Assembly (NCBI GenBank): GCA_919902105.1
Contig: CAKKQO010000017.1
Span: forward strand, 3,305-67,304
Source: Omnitrophica bacterium GWA2_41_15
Lineage (GTDB): Bacteria; Omnitrophota; Gorgyraeia; Ghiorseimicrobiales; Ghiorseimicrobiaceae
Reading direction: 5' to 3'
Length of the DNA: 64,000 bases
The notes below the pieces were generated by a model, which saw only the letters and a program-made list of their open reading frames with translations, searched no databases and was not told the DNA's origin. The position numbers and the translations under genes were made by a program. Numbering within the stretch: position 1 is the stretch's first letter; every line of letters starts with the position of its first letter. Positions 61,302-64,000 of the stretch are shown in pieces.

Positions 61302-61341
61302 TAAAATGTAAGCGCGAAGCAGCGCTTAAAAGACAAGGCAG

Positions 61342-61369
61342 TCCGCAAAAGATAATTTTGCGGATTTTT
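61342..61369 (+). terminator. Intrinsic terminator-like hairpin
   Basis: TCCGCAAAA-gataa-TTTTGCGGA + TTTTT. Confidence 0.7.
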
Positions 61370-61370
61370 A

Positions 61371-61451
61371 TTGAGGCCACAACTTATGGAGCGAATGCGC
61401 TCATAAGTTGTATGGCCGAAATAATCCCGCGGATAGTTTACGAAGCGGGAT
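61371..61451 (-). repeat. BH family copy H
   Basis: TTATTGAG + GGCCACAACTTATG...CATAAGTTGTATGGCC + GAAATAA + TCCCGC-ggatagtttacgaa-GCGGGA. Confidence 0.7.
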
Positions 61452-61469
61452 AGAAGAATGAAGGGAGTA

Positions 61470-61506
61470 AAGGCGCTCCGGTAAAACGGAGCGCCTTTTT
61501 ATTTTT
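61470..61506 (+). terminator. Strong intrinsic terminator
   Basis: AAGGCGCTCCG-gtaaaa-CGGAGCGCCTT + TTTATTTTT. Confidence 0.85.
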
Positions 61507-61556
61507 AATGAGTGCATAACTTAGAGAGCTCGATAGAGCGATATAAGTTATATACA
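61507..61556 (-). repeat. Solo BH-type terminal hairpin (copy I)
   Basis: TAATGAG + GTGCATAACTTA-gagagctcgatagagcgata-TAAGTTATATACAC. Confidence 0.55.
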
Positions 61557-61627
61557 CGAATTAACTTCGAAGTTTACCGTGAAAATATCGTAAGAAATTT
61601 TCATGGTGTTTAAACGAGGAGTAGATC

Positions 61628-62152
61628 ATGGAATTTAGTGAATTTATCAGCCAATTTAAATCCGGGATTAGGGCTATAGCCAATAAGCATATGCCGCAAT
61701 GCGGGTTTCTTGACGCAGACGACCTTGTGCAGGAGGCACTGCTTTCCATCTGGCTTAAATGGAAGAAAGACGGCCTTAAAGACAAGAATAAAAGCTATGT
61801 CCTTAAAGGCTGTTACTTTGAAATGAAGAATTTCCTGCGCAAGTCTCTGGATAGGGTTACGCCGGTAAGTTTAGATATGCCAATAGATGAAGAAGGCGCA
61901 ACTTTAGAAGAAGTTATTCCGGATGCACGTTTCTATAGCAATAGTCGGGATATGGAGGCAAATCATTTGATAGATACGATTAGGAATGACGGTTTAACTC
62001 TGCGTGAAAAAGATGTATTTGAATACTTTCTACAAGGTTTGAATACCCGCCAGATAGGGAAAAAATTAGGCATTTCACATGTGCGGGTGGTAAAGATAGA
62101 GAAGAGCATCTGGACTAAGACGCGCGCTAAAATAGGACAGAATGATCGATAA
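61628..62152 (+). CDS. Sigma-70 family (ECF-like) RNA polymerase sigma factor
   Basis: 174 aa. Region 2 DADDLVQEALLSIWLKW. Region 4 HTH LTLREKDVFEYFLQGLNTRQIGKKLGISHVRV. Confidence 0.7.
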   Translation: MEFSEFISQFKSGIRAIANKHMPQCGFLDADDLVQEALLSIWLKWKKDGLKDKNKSYVLKGCYFEMKNFLRKSLDRVTPVSLDMPIDEEGATLEEVIPDARFYSNSRDMEANHLIDTIRNDGLTLREKDVFEYFLQGLNTRQIGKKLGISHVRVVKIEKSIWTKTRAKIGQNDR

Positions 62153-62252
62153 TATTTTAGTCTTACAGCATATTGAATGTGAACCGCTTGGCATCTTGGA
62201 AGACCTAGATTCAAAAGGCGCCCTATTCTTTAACAAATTCCTTAACCTCTAA
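62142..62252 (+). pseudogene. Possible truncated remnant of a class I glutamine amidotransferase gene
   Basis: The 36-codon ORF MIDNILVLQHIECEPLGILEDLDSKGA... looks like the first beta-alpha unit of GATase1 proteins and stops just before the P3 repeat. Confidence 0.3.
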
Positions 62253-62274
62253 GCATGTAAGGATAGGCCTTTTT

Positions 62275-62376
62275 CCTTGCGTCGTAAAAGTTTTTACGAC
62301 ATCAGCAAAATCTAATCGCAAGTTTGTAGATTTTGTTTGACAGAACAAGTCTAATAAAGTATATTAGTGTATACTT
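62275..62376 (+). promoter_or_regulatory. P-family hairpin repeat copy P3 with TTGACA-17-TATATT and an overlapping 7-6-7 inverted repeat (candidate ArsR operator)
   Basis: CTTGCG, TCGTAAA-agtt-TTTACGA, CATC, CAAAATCT-aatcgcaagtttgt-AGATTTTG, TTGACA 62337-62342, TATATT 62360-62365, AAGTATA-ttagtg-TATACTT 62357-62376. Confidence 0.55.
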
Positions 62377-62401
62377 AATTAGTTTAATTCTTGAGATAAT
62401 T

Positions 62402-62728
62402 ATGCAAGAGACAGCGGAATTATTTAAAATACTATCGGTTGATAAAAGAATAGGGATTCTGGAATTGCTTAAAAAAGGAGTGATGAGCGTTAATGCTATA
62501 GCTAAGGCTTTGGCAGTAACACAATCGGCAGTATCTCAGCATTTAAGAGTGCTTAAAAACGCCGGCTTTGTAAATGGCCAGAGGCGGGGATATTGGATAT
62601 ATTATTCATTAGACCGCAATACGCTTGAAAAATGCCGCCAAAGGCTTAATCGTATCTGTGTCTGCGGATGCTTGAATAAAGAGGCAGGCATGGGAATAAA
62701 CCAGAAAGAGCGGCTGCGAGCAAAGTAG
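62402..62728 (+). CDS. ArsR/SmtB-family metalloregulator with C-terminal Cys cluster
   Basis: ATG 62402. HTH LFKILSVDKRIGILELL...VNAIAKALAVTQSAVSQHLRVLKNAGFV. C-terminal CVCGC. Confidence 0.75.
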   Translation: MQETAELFKILSVDKRIGILELLKKGVMSVNAIAKALAVTQSAVSQHLRVLKNAGFVNGQRRGYWIYYSLDRNTLEKCRQRLNRICVCGCLNKEAGMGINQKERLRAK

Positions 62729-62793
62729 CGTTTTTTAAAACCTATTTATTTAAGTAAATACGCATATACTTAAACAGAAAGGAGATGATAACA

Positions 62794-62907
62794 ATGACAA
62801 GAGGAAAAAGAAAGATAGGCAAGGGTTTTCTGAAACAGCCGCAAGGTAAAAATAAAGCAAAGAACTTCTGCGGTTGCGGCTGTGTTCCGCATGGAAAAAA
62901 GAAATAA
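62794..62907 (+). CDS. Small basic Cys-rich peptide (37 aa), not in the ORF track
   Basis: AAAGGAG SD 8-9 nt upstream. MTRGKRKIGKGFLKQPQGKNKAKNFCGCGCVPHGKKK. Lies between arsR and the membrane gene on the same strand. Confidence 0.35.
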   Translation: MTRGKRKIGKGFLKQPQGKNKAKNFCGCGCVPHGKKK

Positions 62908-62934
62908 GAATCGGTTTAAACAAGGGGAGGGGAA

Positions 62935-63408
62935 GTGAGAGGATTAATATTGATAGTGTCGTATTGGATACATCTTGTTGCTTCGGTTATCTGGATCGGC
63001 GGAATTGCCTTTGTCCTTTTTATCGCAATACCGAAAGCAAAACAAGTCTTAGGAGCAGAGGCGTCCAAACTAATGGTTGAATTTGGGAAAAGGTTTACTC
63101 TATTGGTAAATTACAGCATTGCCTTTCTAGCGCTTACCGGAATTGCCCTGATATCGTTAAACAGGGCTCCTTTGGCCGGTGAGATTTTTGAAAAGAGGTG
63201 GATGATTATAGCCATAAAGCATATTGTATTTCTGGCAATGATTATTATTCATTTCTACAGGGGCCTTGTTTTGGCGCCGAAGATTGGCAAAGCCGCCTCT
63301 AGCGCGGAAAAGGCAAATTTGCAGAAATTATCCCTTAGTTTGGTTAAGGTAAATTTTGGATTGGGATTAATCACACTATTATTAAGCGGAATTTTACATA
63401 TTGCCTGA
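62935..63408 (+). CDS. Four-TM membrane protein, CopD-like (tentative)
   Basis: 157 aa. GTG start after GGGGAGGGG. WIHLVASVIWIGG pattern resembles the CopD/DUF2269-type helix 1. Confidence 0.4.
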   Translation: MRGLILIVSYWIHLVASVIWIGGIAFVLFIAIPKAKQVLGAEASKLMVEFGKRFTLLVNYSIAFLALTGIALISLNRAPLAGEIFEKRWMIIAIKHIVFLAMIIIHFYRGLVLAPKIGKAASSAEKANLQKLSLSLVKVNFGLGLITLLLSGILHIA

Positions 63409-63456
63409 AATTTTTAAAGCACAGCCGAGAGGAAGGAAAAAACATCAATTAAAAAC

Positions 63457-63506
63457 TTGACAAATGACGCTTGGCTTGCTATGTTTATAATTGAGCAACT
63501 GTTCAA
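63457..63506 (+). promoter_or_regulatory. Promoter TTGACA-17-TATGTT followed by imperfect palindrome TTGAGCAACTGTTCAA (candidate ArsR/SmtB operator)
   Basis: TTGACA 63457-63462, TATGTT 63480-63485, palindromic skeleton TTGAnCAnnTGnTCAA 63491-63506. Confidence 0.4.
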
Positions 63507-63528
63507 GTGAATAAAGGGAGTTTTTATT

Positions 63529-63891
63529 ATGTTGGGAAAGCATACCGATGTATGTGAATTATTTTGCTACAATAAAGCAAAGGTAAATATTCTTAAGAAG
63601 TTCCTACCTTCGGCTAATAAACTTACTAAACTTGCAGAAATATTTAAGGTGTTGGGTGATACAACGCGTGCAAAGATATTGCTTTCTCTATCAAAAGGCG
63701 AGCTCTGCGTATGTGATATAGCCCATGTCTTGGGCTTAAGTATTTCTGCGGTTTCTCATCAGCTCAGACTATTGCGCAGTTTGGGATTGGTAAAATATCG
63801 CAGCGAAGGCAGGATGGCTTTTTATACTTTAGATAATGAGCATGTTATGAGATTGATCGATGAAGGCATAAGGCATATCGGAAAGGAATAA
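63529..63891 (+). CDS. ArsR/SmtB-family metal-sensing repressor (CadC/SmtB-like)
   Basis: 120 aa. LAEIFKVLGDTTRAKILLSL..GELCVCDIAHVLGLSISAVSHQLRLLR. The ELCVCD metal site is present. Confidence 0.8.
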   Translation: MLGKHTDVCELFCYNKAKVNILKKFLPSANKLTKLAEIFKVLGDTTRAKILLSLSKGELCVCDIAHVLGLSISAVSHQLRLLRSLGLVKYRSEGRMAFYTLDNEHVMRLIDEGIRHIGKE

Positions 63892-64000
63892 TTCTATAGT
63901 GAAGGATAAATTTAGAAAAGCACTAATAACTCTATCAACATTCATAATAGTCTTTATTCTGCATATTTTCTATTTTAAAGTTACCGAGGGAGGATGTGGA

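Noticed and set aside
63899-64000. Partial ORF (GTG start, hydrophobic) at the window edge after the second ArsR gene
   Set aside because: Only 34 codons are visible. It is plausibly the next membrane or metal-transport gene, but it cannot be supported from this fragment.

Overview
AT-rich 64-kb bacterial chromosomal segment. I support about 66 protein genes, all but two on the + strand, plus tRNA-Leu(CAA) on the - strand and tRNA-Ala(GGC) on the + strand. All calls come from reading the sequence and the ORF track by eye; no searches were run.

Gene content is mostly housekeeping:
- Lipid and fatty-acid metabolism: FadB-like protein, acyl-CoA dehydrogenase, a cNMP-regulated patatin lipase, accA.
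- Folate and purine metabolism: pabB, pabC, folC, folE, purH.
- Translation: leuS, mnmE, rlmN, an ArfB-like factor, an EF-G paralogue, a YchF-like protein, a divergent L27.
- Envelope: an S11 DD-carboxypeptidase, a LysM-YkuD L,D-transpeptidase, a MarR-TolC-MFP-RND efflux operon, an inverse-autotransporter barrel, comEA/comEC.
- Other: a RelE/ParE toxin-antitoxin pair and an ArsR-type metal cluster at the 3' end.

I see no integrase, transposase, cas genes, CRISPR array or phage module, so this is not a classical island.

The unusual layer is sub-genic and intergenic:
1. Unrelated 7-nt tandem arrays (about 4 units each) sit in-frame inside folC, mnmE and leuS.
2. A 34-bp GC-rich palindrome (core CCGAAGGCGGATCCGCCTTCGG) is translated in different frames in mnmE and folC. 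Minimal TCCGCC-GAA-GGCGGA hairpin relatives occur in leuS, the ComM-like gene and one intergenic site.
3. A 279-bp GC-rich element with 34-bp terminal inverted repeats occupies exactly codons 5-97 of the DD-carboxypeptidase gene, splitting its signal peptide.
4. A modular nested-hairpin repeat family has at least 10 copies. Its flanks are conserved and its stems change in a compensatory way. It sits exactly at gene boundaries. In one orientation it carries the Shine-Dalgarno sequence and abuts the start codon. In the other it abuts or supplies the stop codon.
5. A second hairpin repeat family carries a TTGACA -35 box and so forms portable promoters (3 loci).
6. Several unique long palindromic MITE-like or rod-RNA-like elements occur, along with two candidate small RNAs.

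Functional interpretation of the repeat systems is inference.
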